Source: Christensenellaceae bacterium
GTDB lineage: Bacteria; Bacillota; Clostridia; Christensenellales; Borkfalkiaceae
Assembly (NCBI GenBank): GCA_045591355.1
Contig: JAZNSS010000029.1
Span: forward strand, 51,739 to 115,738
Length of the DNA: 64,000 nt
Direction of reading: 5' to 3'
A model generated the notes under the pieces. It was not told where the DNA came from. It saw nothing but the letters and a program-made list of their open reading frames with translations, and did no database searches. The translations under genes were made by a program, and so were the position numbers. Shown piece by piece: positions 48,157-58,689 of the stretch (position 1 is its first letter; the number at the start of each line of letters is the position of its first letter).

Positions 48157-48567
48157 TTAATAACTTCCGTAAATAATAGGGCTACCCACCTTTACAACTT
48201 GATCGGAAACAACCACGTGTAGGTTTATCGTTTTTCCCCTTAAGACTTGTTTGTATTTTAGTTTTGGTGAATAGGCGTAAACACTTACTTTGCCGTCAAA
48301 ACTTTCGCTAAAAACCCTTTTAGCATGGAATTCAGACAAGAAATCGTCTAAAACAAAACCTTCTTTGGCAAACTCGCATGCTTCCCCGTATTTAATAAAA
48401 GTTAAACCTTGCTCTATATCGTCAACGGTTATCGGCGTTGAAGTATAAGGATATAAATAAACTTCCGTCTGATTAGAATATTTTCCGAATATTGGCGCTT
48501 GGCTAGAAAACCATAAAAATCCCAAAATTATTATTGCGATAAGGCTAACCGAAATTTTTTTAAACAT
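48157..48567 (-). CDS. hypothetical secreted/membrane-anchored protein (136 aa)
   Basis: N-terminal signal/TM sequence (ISVSLIAIIILGFLWF); I recognise no family. Confidence 0.4.
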   Translation of the reverse strand: MFKKISVSLIAIIILGFLWFSSQAPIFGKYSNQTEVYLYPYTSTPITVDDIEQGLTFIKYGEACEFAKEGFVLDDFLSEFHAKRVFSESFDGKVSVYAYSPKLKYKQVLRGKTINLHVVVSDQVVKVGSPIIYGSY

Positions 48568-48634
48568 AAAAAACTCTCCGATATTTCACGGAGAGTATTG
48601 ACTGTATTTTTATTTTTTATACCTTAGATTTAAG

Positions 48635-49861
48635 TTAGGTAGAAATTATGTATTCGGAAATGCCCGATTCTCTTACTAAACTCATACCATTCAAAACAAG
48701 GTCGCCACTATGCTTAACGGCTTTAGCCCTAGCAACTACGTTTATTTCGGTATCCCCACCAAGCGCAGTAAAGGTAGAAATCATTTTATCGCCACAGTCC
48801 ACGAAGGAATCCACGTCTTTAGAAAGGCTTTGCTTTATAGTTGCTATACTTTTTCTATGTGATTTTATAACGTTTGATTGAAATATTAATTGTTCAACAA
48901 CGGTTTTTGGTAAAATCTTCAATTTTTTTGAAATCCAATCTGCTCTAGTTAGATAATTTGCATAGTCCATAATTTTATCGTATTCACCAGACATTGCAAG
49001 TTTATATATTTCTGAAGTAGGCTTTGCCGTCAATAATAGTTTTGCACCAAGCCCCAAATTTTCTTCATTTAAGAAAGCGCTTGCTTGCCTACAAGAAAAG
49101 GTATTATAGAGTTCCCCTTTGGATAAATTATTTGCAAGTTCCAGATATAGAAAGCCTAGAAAAAGTTTTGAAGGCTGTTCGTTGTTAGGATAGGTAAACA
49201 ATGGATAGGTGTTAGTTATTGCTTTACTAGCCAAAACGAAAGCGTCTTTATTAATCTTTTTGTTAAGCATTAAACAACTTGCCCTATAATCAGCAAGCGC
49301 TAAAGCGTGGCTAACGATAAAAGCGTAACAATCGGCAAAATCTTGGGCTTGTTCTAACATGCAAAAATCAAAAAGCACGTGCGTTTTCGGGTTGACTGTT
49401 ACAATTTCTTTTTTGCCAAAGTTTAAAAACTCTACGGTTGGGCATAATAAATCATAATCGTTTAAGGAAGAAACAACAAGCGCAAGCGAAGTTTCTCTTA
49501 TTTTGGCAAAATATTTAGCAACGCCAAAAAACTTTTTGTTGGTTGCAACGATAAGCCTAACGTCTTCTGCAAGATTAAAAACGTGGCTATAACTTTCTAT
49601 TGTGTCTGCAAAGTTGTCGGGCAAAACTAGGTGGGTAACCGAGTTGCCTTTTGACTTTAAGGCATTAGAAAATTTTTGACCGTAGTTTAGGTATGATTCC
49701 TTTGTATAAAGGATAGCAACCTTACCGTATGGAAGATTGTTTTTTGCTAAATTAGACAGTTCTTGCTCTAATAATCCACCGTAAAAAATGGTGTTTAGAT
49801 GTTCGTTTTTAATCTTCTCAAGGTCAATATTTAAATGTTTTACTAAGTTTGAAAACGGCAT
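48635..49861 (-). CDS. hypothetical protein, possibly a divergent DHQ-synthase/Fe-ADH-like fold with a degenerate glycine-rich NAD motif
   Basis: 408 aa; GKVAILYTKESY and LIVATNKKFFGVAKYFA sit in the positions of the Rossmann beta1 strand and the GGGSxxD motif of this fold. The assignment is weak. Confidence 0.3.
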   Translation of the reverse strand: MPFSNLVKHLNIDLEKIKNEHLNTIFYGGLLEQELSNLAKNNLPYGKVAILYTKESYLNYGQKFSNALKSKGNSVTHLVLPDNFADTIESYSHVFNLAEDVRLIVATNKKFFGVAKYFAKIRETSLALVVSSLNDYDLLCPTVEFLNFGKKEIVTVNPKTHVLFDFCMLEQAQDFADCYAFIVSHALALADYRASCLMLNKKINKDAFVLASKAITNTYPLFTYPNNEQPSKLFLGFLYLELANNLSKGELYNTFSCRQASAFLNEENLGLGAKLLLTAKPTSEIYKLAMSGEYDKIMDYANYLTRADWISKKLKILPKTVVEQLIFQSNVIKSHRKSIATIKQSLSKDVDSFVDCGDKMISTFTALGGDTEINVVARAKAVKHSGDLVLNGMSLVRESGISEYIIST

Positions 49862-49990
49862 TTTAACTCCTTTGATATAAATATGTTATAATACATAGCA
49901 AAAAAAGTCAAGCAAAAGGAAAAAATGGCTAAAAAATCGCTTTTTTTAACAAAAAAACGCTAAAAAATAGCAAAAATTTTATTTTACCCC

Positions 49991-50018
49991 TTGAAAATAT
50001 AATTTGGTGTGGTATAAT
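49991..50018 (+). promoter_or_regulatory. promoter of hup (TTGAAA - 16 nt - TGgTATAAT, extended -10)
   Basis: TTGAAA at 49991-49996 and TATAAT at 50013-50018, preceded by TG. Confidence 0.6.
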
Positions 50019-50047
50019 ATAATTAGAAAACTTTGGAGGGTTTTATT

Positions 50048-50323
50048 ATGAATAAAAATGAATTGATAAGGGCAATTGCAAACAAACTTGGTTTAAAACT
50101 TAAAGACGCATCTGACTGTCTTGACGGCGTTATCGACGCTATAACCGAAGGTTTAAACGCAGGCGAAAAAATCCAAATTTCTGGATTCGGAACTTTCTCT
50201 TTGAAAGTTAAAGAAGCACGTGAAGGCGTTAACCCAAAGACGGGCGAAAAAATCAAGATTGCATCAAGCAAAATCCCTGCTTTCAAATTTGGTAAAGCTT
50301 ATAAAGATTCATTCAACAAATAA
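50048..50323 (+). CDS. hup: DNA-binding protein HU
   Basis: MNKNELIRAIANKLGLKLKDA .. GFGTFSLKVKEAREGVNPKTGEKIKIASSKIPAFKFGKAYKD; 91 aa; GGAGGG RBS. Confidence 0.95.
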   Translation: MNKNELIRAIANKLGLKLKDASDCLDGVIDAITEGLNAGEKIQISGFGTFSLKVKEAREGVNPKTGEKIKIASSKIPAFKFGKAYKDSFNK

Positions 50324-50336
50324 TTTGAAATCAAAT

Positions 50337-50368
50337 AAAAAGGTGGCAAAAGCCACCTTTTTTATTTT
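50337..50368. terminator. bidirectional terminator between hup and tuf (AGGTGGC-AAAA-GCCACCT)
   Basis: Read directly; flanked by an A-run and a T-run. Confidence 0.75.
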
Positions 50369-50453
50369 TCGCTTTCACAACCTAAATAATTACGAACAAA
50401 AAAACTCGGCTAGTAAGCCGAGTTTTTTATTTAGATTTACTTCTAAAATTTAA

Positions 50454-51674
50454 TTACTTAATGATTTTAGAAACAACGCCTGAACCAACGGTTCTGCCAC
50501 CTTCACGGATAGCGAAACGTAAACCTTCTTCCATAGCGATTGGAGTGATAAGTTCTACGCTGATGGTGATGTTATCACCAGGCATAACCATTTCTACGCC
50601 TTCTGGTAATTTAATTGAACCAGTAACGTCGGTAGTTCTGAAATAGAATTGAGGACGATAGTTGTTGAAGAATGGGGTATGACGACCACCTTCTTCCTTA
50701 TTTAGAACGTAAACTTGACCTTCGAATGAAGTATGTGGTTTAACTGAACCTGGTTTAGCAATAACTTGACCACGTTCGATGTCTTTCTTATCGATACCAC
50801 GAAGTAATGCACCTACGTTGTCACCAGCTTGTGCTTCGTCAAGTAATTTTCTGAACATTTCGATACCGGTAATAACGGTAGTCTTAGATTCTTCCGAAAG
50901 ACCAACGATTTCAGCAGGATCGTTAACGTGTGCAACACCACGTTCTACTCTACCAGTAGCAACGGTTCCACGACCAGAAATGGTGAATACGTCTTCTACA
51001 GGAAGTAAGAAAGGTTTAGCATCGTCTCTTTCAGGAGTTGGGATGTAGCTGTCAACAGCGTCCATTAATTCGAAAATAGGTTTGCATTCAGCAGAAGCCT
51101 TGATAGCGTCAGCAGAAGCTTCGCCTTGAGCGAATTCAAGAGCCTTAAGAGCAGAACCCTTGATGATTGGGGTATCGTCGCCAGGGAAACCATATTCAGA
51201 AAGAAGTTCTCTGATTTCCATTTCAACTAATTCTAAAAGTTCTGGGTCGTCTAATTGGTCACATTTGTTCATGAAAACGATAATGTATGGAACGCCAACT
51301 TGACGAGCTAGAAGAATGTGTTCTCTAGTTTGTGGCATTGGACCGTCGGTTGCAGCAACAACAAGGATTGCGCCGTCCATTTGAGCAGCACCAGTGCTCA
51401 TGTTCTTAACGTAGTCAGCGTGTCCTGGGCAGTCAACGTGTGCATAGTGACGGTTTTCAGTTTGATATTCAACGTGTGAAGTGTTGATTGTTATACCACG
51501 TGCCTTTTCTTCTGGTGCCTTATCGATTTCATCGTATCTCATTTTTTGAGCGTTACCGATAGAAGATAAAGTCATAGTGATAGCAGCGGTAAGGGTGGTT
51601 TTACCATGGTCAACGTGACCGATGGTGCCGATGTTAATGTGTGGCTTGCTTCTGTCAAATTTTGCCTTTGCCAT
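50454..51674 (-). CDS. tuf: elongation factor Tu
   Basis: [34 protein letters not shown]-terminus; 406 aa. Confidence 0.98.
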   Translation of the reverse strand: MAKAKFDRSKPHINIGTIGHVDHGKTTLTAAITMTLSSIGNAQKMRYDEIDKAPEEKARGITINTSHVEYQTENRHYAHVDCPGHADYVKNMSTGAAQMDGAILVVAATDGPMPQTREHILLARQVGVPYIIVFMNKCDQLDDPELLELVEMEIRELLSEYGFPGDDTPIIKGSALKALEFAQGEASADAIKASAECKPIFELMDAVDSYIPTPERDDAKPFLLPVEDVFTISGRGTVATGRVERGVAHVNDPAEIVGLSEESKTTVITGIEMFRKLLDEAQAGDNVGALLRGIDKKDIERGQVIAKPGSVKPHTSFEGQVYVLNKEEGGRHTPFFNNYRPQFYFRTTDVTGSIKLPEGVEMVMPGDNITISVELITPIAMEEGLRFAIREGGRTVGSGVVSKIIK

Positions 51675-51776
51675 TATTAATTTCCTCCAAATTTTCTAAT
51701 GATATAATTTTTTTAATTTGTTTTTTTATTAGATTAATGTTATTTTACAATAATTTTATGCTATTGTCAACATTTA

Positions 51777-53849
51777 TTACGCTTTTTTATCCATTATCTT
51801 TTCGCCAACAGACTTTGGAACTTCTGCATAGTGGCTAAATTGCATGGTGTAGTTACCACGACCTTGGGTTCTAGAACGTAGGTCGGTTGCGTAACCGAAC
51901 ATTTCTGCTAGTGGAATGTGTGCGTCGATAACTTTAGCGCCGTTACGATCTTCAGTTCCTTGGATAATACCACGACGAGCAGTAACGTTACCCATAAGGT
52001 CACCAAAGTATGCATCTGGGGTTATGATCTCAACTTTCATAACAGGTTCTAAAAGAACTGATTTTGCTTTTGCAAGACCGTCTTTAAGAGCCATACTACC
52101 TGCGATTTTGAACGCCATTTCTGACGAGTCAACGTCGTGATAGCTACCGTCGTAAACGGTTACCTTGAAGTCAACAACTTCGTAACCTGCTAAGATACCG
52201 TTTCTAGCAGCTTCTTGAATACCCTTGTTGATAGGTTGGATAAATTCCTTAGGAATAGAACCACCAACGGTTTCGTCGATAAATTCGTATCCCTTACCTG
52301 CTTCTTGAGGTTCAAGACGGATTTTACAGTGACCGTATTGACCGTGACCACCGGTTTGACGCTTGAACATACCTTCAGCTTCAACTGCTTGACGGATGGT
52401 TTCCTTATAAGCAACTTGTGGTTGACCAACGTTTGCTTCAACACGGAATTCACGAAGTAGTCTGTCTACGATAATTTCAAGGTGAAGTTCGCCCATACCT
52501 GCGATAATGGTTTGACCAGTTTCGGTATCGGTATAGGTTTTGAAAGTTGGGTCTTCTTCAGCAAGTTTTGCAAGAGCAAAGCCCATCTTTTCTTGACCTT
52601 GTTTGGTTTTTGGTTCGATAGCAACGTTAATAACTGGATCAGGAAATTCCATTTGTTCCAATACGATTGGATGTGCTTCGTCACAAAGAGTATCACCTGT
52701 AGTGGTATCCTTTAAGCCAACGATAGCGCAGATTTCACCTGCGTGAATAGCTTCAACTTCTTCACGGTGGTTAGCGTGCATACGAAGTATACGGCCAACT
52801 CTTTCCTTTTTGCCCTTAACGCTGTTATAAACGTAAGAACCAGTTTTTAATACGCCTGAGTAAGCACGGAAGAATGCTAACTTACCAACGAATGGGTCGG
52901 TAGCAATCTTAAATGCTAAACCACAGAAAGGAGCGTCTTCAGAAGGTTCTCTAGAATCTTCTTGATCGTTATCTGGATTAATACCTGTCATAGCGCCAAC
53001 GTCTAATGGGCTTGGAAGGTAATCTACGATAGCGTCTAGTAAGTTTTGAACGCCCTTATTCTTGTATGAAGAACCACAAAGAACAGGGGTAACCTTCATT
53101 GCAAGAGTAGCGGCACGTAAACCTTTTTTAATTTCTTCAATGGATAAATCGCCTTCTTCAAAGAATTTTTCCATTAAAGCGTCGTCTTGTTCTGCGGCAA
53201 CTTCAACTATTTGCGCTCTGTATTCTTCTACAGCGTCTGCCATATCAGCAGGAACGTCTGTAATATCGATTTCCTTGCCAAGGTCGTCAAGGTAGATATA
53301 AGCCTTACGGGTAATGATATCTACGATTCCCTTGAAGGTATCTTCTTTACCGATAGGAAGAATAATTGGCATAGCGTTGGTATGCAATCTATCCTTCATC
53401 ATTTCGATAGCGTTATCGAAGTTTGCGCCGTTGATATCCATTTTGTTAACGTAAGCAATTCTAGGAACTTTATACTTGTCTGCTTGACGCCAAACGGTTT
53501 CACTTTGAGGTTCAACACCACGCTTTGCACAGAAGGTAGCAACAGCACCGTCTAATACACGGAGTGAACGTTCAACTTCTACGGTGAAGTCAACGTGTCC
53601 GGGAGTATCGATAATGTTAATACGATGGTCTTTCCAGAAACAGGTAGTAGCCGCAGACGTAATGGTAATACCACGTTCTTGCTCTTGAACCATCCAGTCC
53701 ATAGTAGCAGCACCTTCGTGAGTTTCGCCTAGTTTGTGGGTTTTACCCGTATAGAACAAAATTCTTTCGGTGGTGGTAGTTTTACCGGCGTCAATGTGAG
53801 CCATAATACCAATATTTCTGGTTATACCTAATTCACTTTTATTAGCCAT
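51777..53849 (-). CDS. fusA: elongation factor G
   Basis: [21 protein letters not shown]-terminus; 690 aa. Confidence 0.98.
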   Translation of the reverse strand: MANKSELGITRNIGIMAHIDAGKTTTTERILFYTGKTHKLGETHEGAATMDWMVQEQERGITITSAATTCFWKDHRINIIDTPGHVDFTVEVERSLRVLDGAVATFCAKRGVEPQSETVWRQADKYKVPRIAYVNKMDINGANFDNAIEMMKDRLHTNAMPIILPIGKEDTFKGIVDIITRKAYIYLDDLGKEIDITDVPADMADAVEEYRAQIVEVAAEQDDALMEKFFEEGDLSIEEIKKGLRAATLAMKVTPVLCGSSYKNKGVQNLLDAIVDYLPSPLDVGAMTGINPDNDQEDSREPSEDAPFCGLAFKIATDPFVGKLAFFRAYSGVLKTGSYVYNSVKGKKERVGRILRMHANHREEVEAIHAGEICAIVGLKDTTTGDTLCDEAHPIVLEQMEFPDPVINVAIEPKTKQGQEKMGFALAKLAEEDPTFKTYTDTETGQTIIAGMGELHLEIIVDRLLREFRVEANVGQPQVAYKETIRQAVEAEGMFKRQTGGHGQYGHCKIRLEPQEAGKGYEFIDETVGGSIPKEFIQPINKGIQEAARNGILAGYEVVDFKVTVYDGSYHDVDSSEMAFKIAGSMALKDGLAKAKSVLLEPVMKVEIITPDAYFGDLMGNVTARRGIIQGTEDRNGAKVIDAHIPLAEMFGYATDLRSRTQGRGNYTMQFSHYAEVPKSVGEKIMDKKA

Positions 53850-53864
53850 AGGTTACTCCCCCAA

Positions 53865-54335
53865 TTAAAATCTGTAATGTGCGAATGCCTTGTTTGCTTC
53901 CGCCATTCTATGAGTATCTTCTTTCTTCTTAACTGCAGCGCCCGTATTATTGAAAGCATCAACTAATTCGCCTGCAAGACGAGCAGCCATTTCTCTTTCG
54001 CCTCTCTTTCTTGCTGCGATAACTAGCCAACGGATAGCGAGCGTGTGTCTTCTTTCAGCTCTGATTTCGATTGGCACTTGATAGTTAGCGCCACCTACTC
54101 TCCTTGCTTTTACTTCAACCATAGGCATGATGTTGCCTAAAGCTTGATTGAACATTTCTTTAGCGTCTTGACCAACTTTTTCAGCAGCTTGAGCAAAAGC
54201 GTCGTAAACGATACCTTGCGCAATGCCCTTCTTGCCGTCTAACATAACTTGGTTGATAAGTTTAGTTACAACCTTATCATTATACACGGGATCTGGCAAA
54301 ACGTCTCTTTTTGCAATATTGCCTCTTCTTGGCAT
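53865..54335 (-). CDS. rpsG: 30S ribosomal protein S7
   Basis: [29 protein letters not shown]-terminus; 156 aa. Confidence 0.98.
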   Translation of the reverse strand: MPRRGNIAKRDVLPDPVYNDKVVTKLINQVMLDGKKGIAQGIVYDAFAQAAEKVGQDAKEMFNQALGNIMPMVEVKARRVGGANYQVPIEIRAERRHTLAIRWLVIAARKRGEREMAARLAGELVDAFNNTGAAVKKKEDTHRMAEANKAFAHYRF

Positions 54336-54537
54336 AATTATAATCCTCCTTTAATAATTTGCGTGATTACACGCTTTTTTAAGGGTAACCCCTTATTGCT
54401 ACGGCTATCACTTGCCCGAACTTCGGGTAGCGAACCTTCTGCCTTTCGGCATACTGCCTACCAATCATCGGGTTAATTTTCCGAATTCCGATTTTTAAGT
54501 AGGTGTGTGTTTAATTACTTAAACGATTTTCTTTTGA

Positions 54538-54909
54538 CTATTTAGGTCTTTTTGCGCCGTATCTAGATCTTGCTTGTCTACGTTTTGCAACGCCGGCAGT
54601 ATCAAGAGCGCCACGGACGATATGGTATCTAACACCAGGAAGGTCTTTAACTCTTCCACCACGGATTAGAACAGAACTGTGTTCTTGAAGGTTGTGACCT
54701 TCACCGGGGATGTAAACGATACCTTCAGCCTTATTGGTCAATCTAACTCTGGCAATCTTACGTAAAGCAGAGTTTGGTTTTTTAGGGGTTGTAGTAGTTA
54801 CTGATAAACATACGCCACGCTTTTGAGGACATTCATCCAAAATAGGTGACTTTGACTTATAAGTAATCTTCTTTCTTCCCTGTCTGATTAACTGTTGGAT
54901 TGTAGGCAT
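54538..54909 (-). CDS. rpsL: 30S ribosomal protein S12
   Basis: [15 protein letters not shown]-terminus and the [10 protein letters not shown] motif; 123 aa. Confidence 0.98.
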   Translation of the reverse strand: MPTIQQLIRQGRKKITYKSKSPILDECPQKRGVCLSVTTTTPKKPNSALRKIARVRLTNKAEGIVYIPGEGHNLQEHSSVLIRGGRVKDLPGVRYHIVRGALDTAGVAKRRQARSRYGAKRPK

Positions 54910-55012
54910 TTACGCACCTCCTTAATTTTTTCGATATTCGGAAAACGGATTCGGAACTTCCGTTTCGGAAAACATTATTGCTCCGTCGGGGCTAAAAGCC
55001 CCAACGAATTAA

Positions 55013-55042
55013 ATTTTACCAAAAAATGCTATATAAAGTCAA
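55013..55042 (-). promoter_or_regulatory. putative str-operon promoter in front of rpsL (minus-strand TTGACT - 18 nt - TAAAAT)
   Basis: Minus-strand TTGACT at 55042-55037 and TAAAAT at 55018-55013. It follows a GGGGCTTTTAGCCCC hairpin downstream of rpoC. Confidence 0.45.
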
Positions 55043-55078
55043 ACAAAAACGCTTGATTTTATAAGTTTTTTACTACTT

Positions 55079-58000
55079 TTAGATTTCTTCAGTAGTTCTT
55101 TGGGTTACAGTTTGTGGTGAAACGTTTTTATAGTCTTTAATACCCGTTCCTGCAGGGATTAACTTACCGATAATAACGTTTTCTTTAAGACCAACAAGTG
55201 GGTCGATTTTGTTCTTAATAGCAGCTTCCGTTAAAACTCTTGCAGTTTCTTGGAATGATGCTGCTGACAAGAAGCTTTCTTTTGCAAGCGCAGCCTTGGT
55301 AATACCAAGTAAAATTCTCTTACCAACAGGTGGACGTTTGCCTGCTTCTAAGCACTTCATAGTTTCTTCTTCAAAGGTATGAAGGTCAATCTTTTCACCA
55401 GGTAAAATTTCAGCGTCGCCAGCATTTTCAACTTGAACTTTCTTCATCATTTGACGAACGATAATTTCAACGTGTTTGTCGTTGATATCAACGCCTTGCG
55501 AACGGTAAACGCTTTGAATTTCACGCAAGATGTAATCTTGAACACCCTTGATACCCTTGGTTTTAAGAATATCTTGTGGATATACTGAACCGTTAGTTAA
55601 TACCGTGCCAGGTTCAACCATGTCGCCCGTTTTAACGGTAACGCTCGTGCCGAATGGGATAACGTAATCCTTTTCGCCTTCTTCGGTGTCTACTAACACG
55701 TGTATAATCTTGTCTTTTTCAACAACTTCTGCCCTACCACTGTGAACGCAAACTATAGCTGCGTGCTTTGGCTTACGAGCTTCAAACAATTCTTCAACTC
55801 TAGGAAGACCTTGCGTGATGTCGCCCGTTGATGCTATACCACCGGTGTGGAACGTTCTCATGGTAAGCTGTGTACCTGGTTCACCGATTGATTGAGCAGC
55901 GATAATACCAACTGCTTCACCAATTTGAACAGGATTATTATTAGACATGTTTTTACCGTAACATTTAGCGCATACACCCGTTTTACTCTTACAAGTAAAT
56001 ACGCTTCTGATTTCCACTTCTTCGATACCTGCTTTAACGATTTTATCAGCCATATCTTCGGAAATCATTTCGTTTGCCTTAACCATAACTTCGCCCGTTT
56101 GTGGGTTGATTACGTCAACGGTTACGAATCTTCCTGCTATTCTATCACGTAAACCTTCGATAATTTCGCCCTTGCTACCCTTGATAGCAGTAACTTTTAT
56201 ACCTTTAGCCTTTTCACCAAGGTTTGCGAAACAGTCGTCTTCTTTAATGATAACTTCTTGCGATACGTCAACAAGCCTTCTAGTAAGATAACCAGAGTCA
56301 GCCGTTTTAAGAGCCGTATCGGCAAGACCTTTACGTCCACCGTGAGATGAAATAAAGTATTCTAGAACGGACAAGCCTTCACGGAAGCAAGACTTAACCG
56401 GAATTTCAATAGTTTTACCGTTAGGGTCGGTCATAAGACCACGCATGCCGGCAAGTTGCTTAATTTGGTCGATAGAACCACGCGCACCAGAGTTAGCCAT
56501 CATAAGGATTGGGTTGAACTCATCAAGAGTTGCTTTTAACTTTTCGGTAACGTCGTCAGTTGCTTGCTTCCAAATAGAAACAACCTTCTTGTATCTTTCG
56601 TCGTCGGTTATATAACCTTTCTTATATAAGTTTTCCACCTTAAGAACGTGTTCTTCAGCAGCCTTTAAAATAACAGGTTTATCTTTTGGCATATGCATAT
56701 CGAATACGCTGGTCGTGATTGCGCCAACGGTTGAATACTTAAAGCCAAGCGCTTTAACTTTATCCAACACGTCTGCAGCACAACTTGCGCCGTGACGCTT
56801 AAAGCATGCGTCAACGATTTTTTGCAAGTCTTTTTTGCCAACTAGTTTATCGATTTCGTATTTAAGAGCGTCTTCTTTAGTAACTCTTTGGGTAAAGCCT
56901 AAATTTTGTGGAATAGCTTCGTTAAAGATAATCTTACCAACAGAAGTATTAACTCTGCCAACGACTTTTTCGCCGTCAACCATTACTTCTCTACGAACAA
57001 CTATTTCGTCTTGCAATCTAATCTTACCCGTTTGGTAAGCCATGATTGCTTCTTCAGGTGAAGAATAAGAAACGGTATATTCTGGAACGCCGTATAGAAC
57101 GCCGTTTTCGTCTTTTCTACCCTTTTCGTTATACTTTTCACCAATCTTACGACGGATAAGGGTTAGATAGTATGAACCCATAACCATATCTTGGGTAGGA
57201 CTCATAACAGGCTTACCGTCGGAAAGTTTTAAAATGTTATTTGATGCAAGCATTAAGAATCTTGCTTCTGCTTGCGCCTCTACTGATAGAGGAACGTGAA
57301 CAGCCATTTGGTCACCGTCGAAGTCGGCGTTGAACGCACCACAAACAAGTGGGTGAAGTTTAATAGCACGACCTTCAATTAATACCGGTTCAAATGCTTG
57401 AATTGATAATCTGTGTAGCGTTGGTGCACGGTTTAGGAATACTGGGTGGTCTTTGATAACTTCTTCTAGAACGTCCCAAACAACCGTTTTAGCCCTTTCA
57501 ACCGTTCTTTTTGCGTTTTTAATGTTGTGGCAGATGTTGTTTTCTACCAACTTTTTCATAACGAATGGCTTAAATAGTTCGATTGCCATTTCCTTTGGCA
57601 AACCACATTGATACAATTTAAGTTCAGGACCTACGACAATAACTGAACGGCCAGAGTAGTCAACACGTTTACCTAAAAGGTTTTGACGGAAACGACCTTG
57701 CTTACCACGGAGCATACCTGATAGAGATTTAAGTTCTCTATTGCCAGCGCCGGAGATTGCTTTACCACGACGACCGTTGTCGATAAGCGCGTCAACGGCT
57801 TCTTGAAGCATTCTCTTTTCGTTTCTGATAATAATTTCAGGAGCGCCGAGTTCCATCAACTTCTTAAGTCTGTTGTTTCTGTTAATAACACGACGATACA
57901 AGTCGTTAAGGTCGGAAGTAGCAAATCTACCACCGTCTAATTGAACCATTGGACGAAGTTCTGGTGGAATAACGGGTAGAACGTCTAAAATCATCCATTC

Positions 58001-58675
58001 AGGGCGGTTACCACTCTTTCTAAACGCTTCGATAATTTCGATACGTTTAACTGCACGGATTCTTCTTTGACCGGAAACGTTTTCTTCAATGATTTTCTTA
58101 ACTTCTACGCTTTCCTTTTCAAGGTCGATAGCCATTAAAAGTTCTTTAATAGCCTCTGCGCCCATACCGGTTTTGAAAGAACCTACACCATACTTTTCTT
58201 CAAGTTCGATTTTTTCTCTATCGTTAATAACTTGCTTGTATGCAAGTGGGGTTTCACCTGGGTCTAAAACGACGTGACAAGCAAAGTATAAAACTTGTTC
58301 TAGGTATTTAGGGCTCATATCAAGCATCAAGCCGATTTTTGAAGAAACACCCTTAAAATACCATATGTGTGAAACAGGAGCAGCAAGTTCAATGTGACCT
58401 AATCTGTCACGACGAACCTTTGACTTAGTTACTTCTACGCCACACTTGTCGCATATAACGCCCTTGTAACGGATACGTTTATATTTACCACAATGACATT
58501 CCCAGTCCTTGGTAGGTCCAAAAATTCTTTCACAGAACAAACCACCCATTTCAGGTTTTTGAGTTCTGTAGTTAATAGTTTCGGGTTTAGTTACTTCACC
58601 GTAAGACCATTCCCTTATTTTTTCGGGGGATGCTACGCCAATTTGTATAGAATCAAAATTGTTAAGTTCAAACAT
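55079..58675 (-). CDS. rpoC: DNA-directed RNA polymerase subunit beta'
   Basis: Zinc-binding [23 protein letters not shown] and the catalytic NADFDGD motif; 1198 aa. Confidence 0.98.
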   Translation of the reverse strand: MFELNNFDSIQIGVASPEKIREWSYGEVTKPETINYRTQKPEMGGLFCERIFGPTKDWECHCGKYKRIRYKGVICDKCGVEVTKSKVRRDRLGHIELAAPVSHIWYFKGVSSKIGLMLDMSPKYLEQVLYFACHVVLDPGETPLAYKQVINDREKIELEEKYGVGSFKTGMGAEAIKELLMAIDLEKESVEVKKIIEENVSGQRRIRAVKRIEIIEAFRKSGNRPEWMILDVLPVIPPELRPMVQLDGGRFATSDLNDLYRRVINRNNRLKKLMELGAPEIIIRNEKRMLQEAVDALIDNGRRGKAISGAGNRELKSLSGMLRGKQGRFRQNLLGKRVDYSGRSVIVVGPELKLYQCGLPKEMAIELFKPFVMKKLVENNICHNIKNAKRTVERAKTVVWDVLEEVIKDHPVFLNRAPTLHRLSIQAFEPVLIEGRAIKLHPLVCGAFNADFDGDQMAVHVPLSVEAQAEARFLMLASNNILKLSDGKPVMSPTQDMVMGSYYLTLIRRKIGEKYNEKGRKDENGVLYGVPEYTVSYSSPEEAIMAYQTGKIRLQDEIVVRREVMVDGEKVVGRVNTSVGKIIFNEAIPQNLGFTQRVTKEDALKYEIDKLVGKKDLQKIVDACFKRHGASCAADVLDKVKALGFKYSTVGAITTSVFDMHMPKDKPVILKAAEEHVLKVENLYKKGYITDDERYKKVVSIWKQATDDVTEKLKATLDEFNPILMMANSGARGSIDQIKQLAGMRGLMTDPNGKTIEIPVKSCFREGLSVLEYFISSHGGRKGLADTALKTADSGYLTRRLVDVSQEVIIKEDDCFANLGEKAKGIKVTAIKGSKGEIIEGLRDRIAGRFVTVDVINPQTGEVMVKANEMISEDMADKIVKAGIEEVEIRSVFTCKSKTGVCAKCYGKNMSNNNPVQIGEAVGIIAAQSIGEPGTQLTMRTFHTGGIASTGDITQGLPRVEELFEARKPKHAAIVCVHSGRAEVVEKDKIIHVLVDTEEGEKDYVIPFGTSVTVKTGDMVEPGTVLTNGSVYPQDILKTKGIKGVQDYILREIQSVYRSQGVDINDKHVEIIVRQMMKKVQVENAGDAEILPGEKIDLHTFEEETMKCLEAGKRPPVGKRILLGITKAALAKESFLSAASFQETARVLTEAAIKNKIDPLVGLKENVIIGKLIPAGTGIKDYKNVSPQTVTQRTTEEI

Positions 58676-58689
58676 TATCTAATCCCTCC

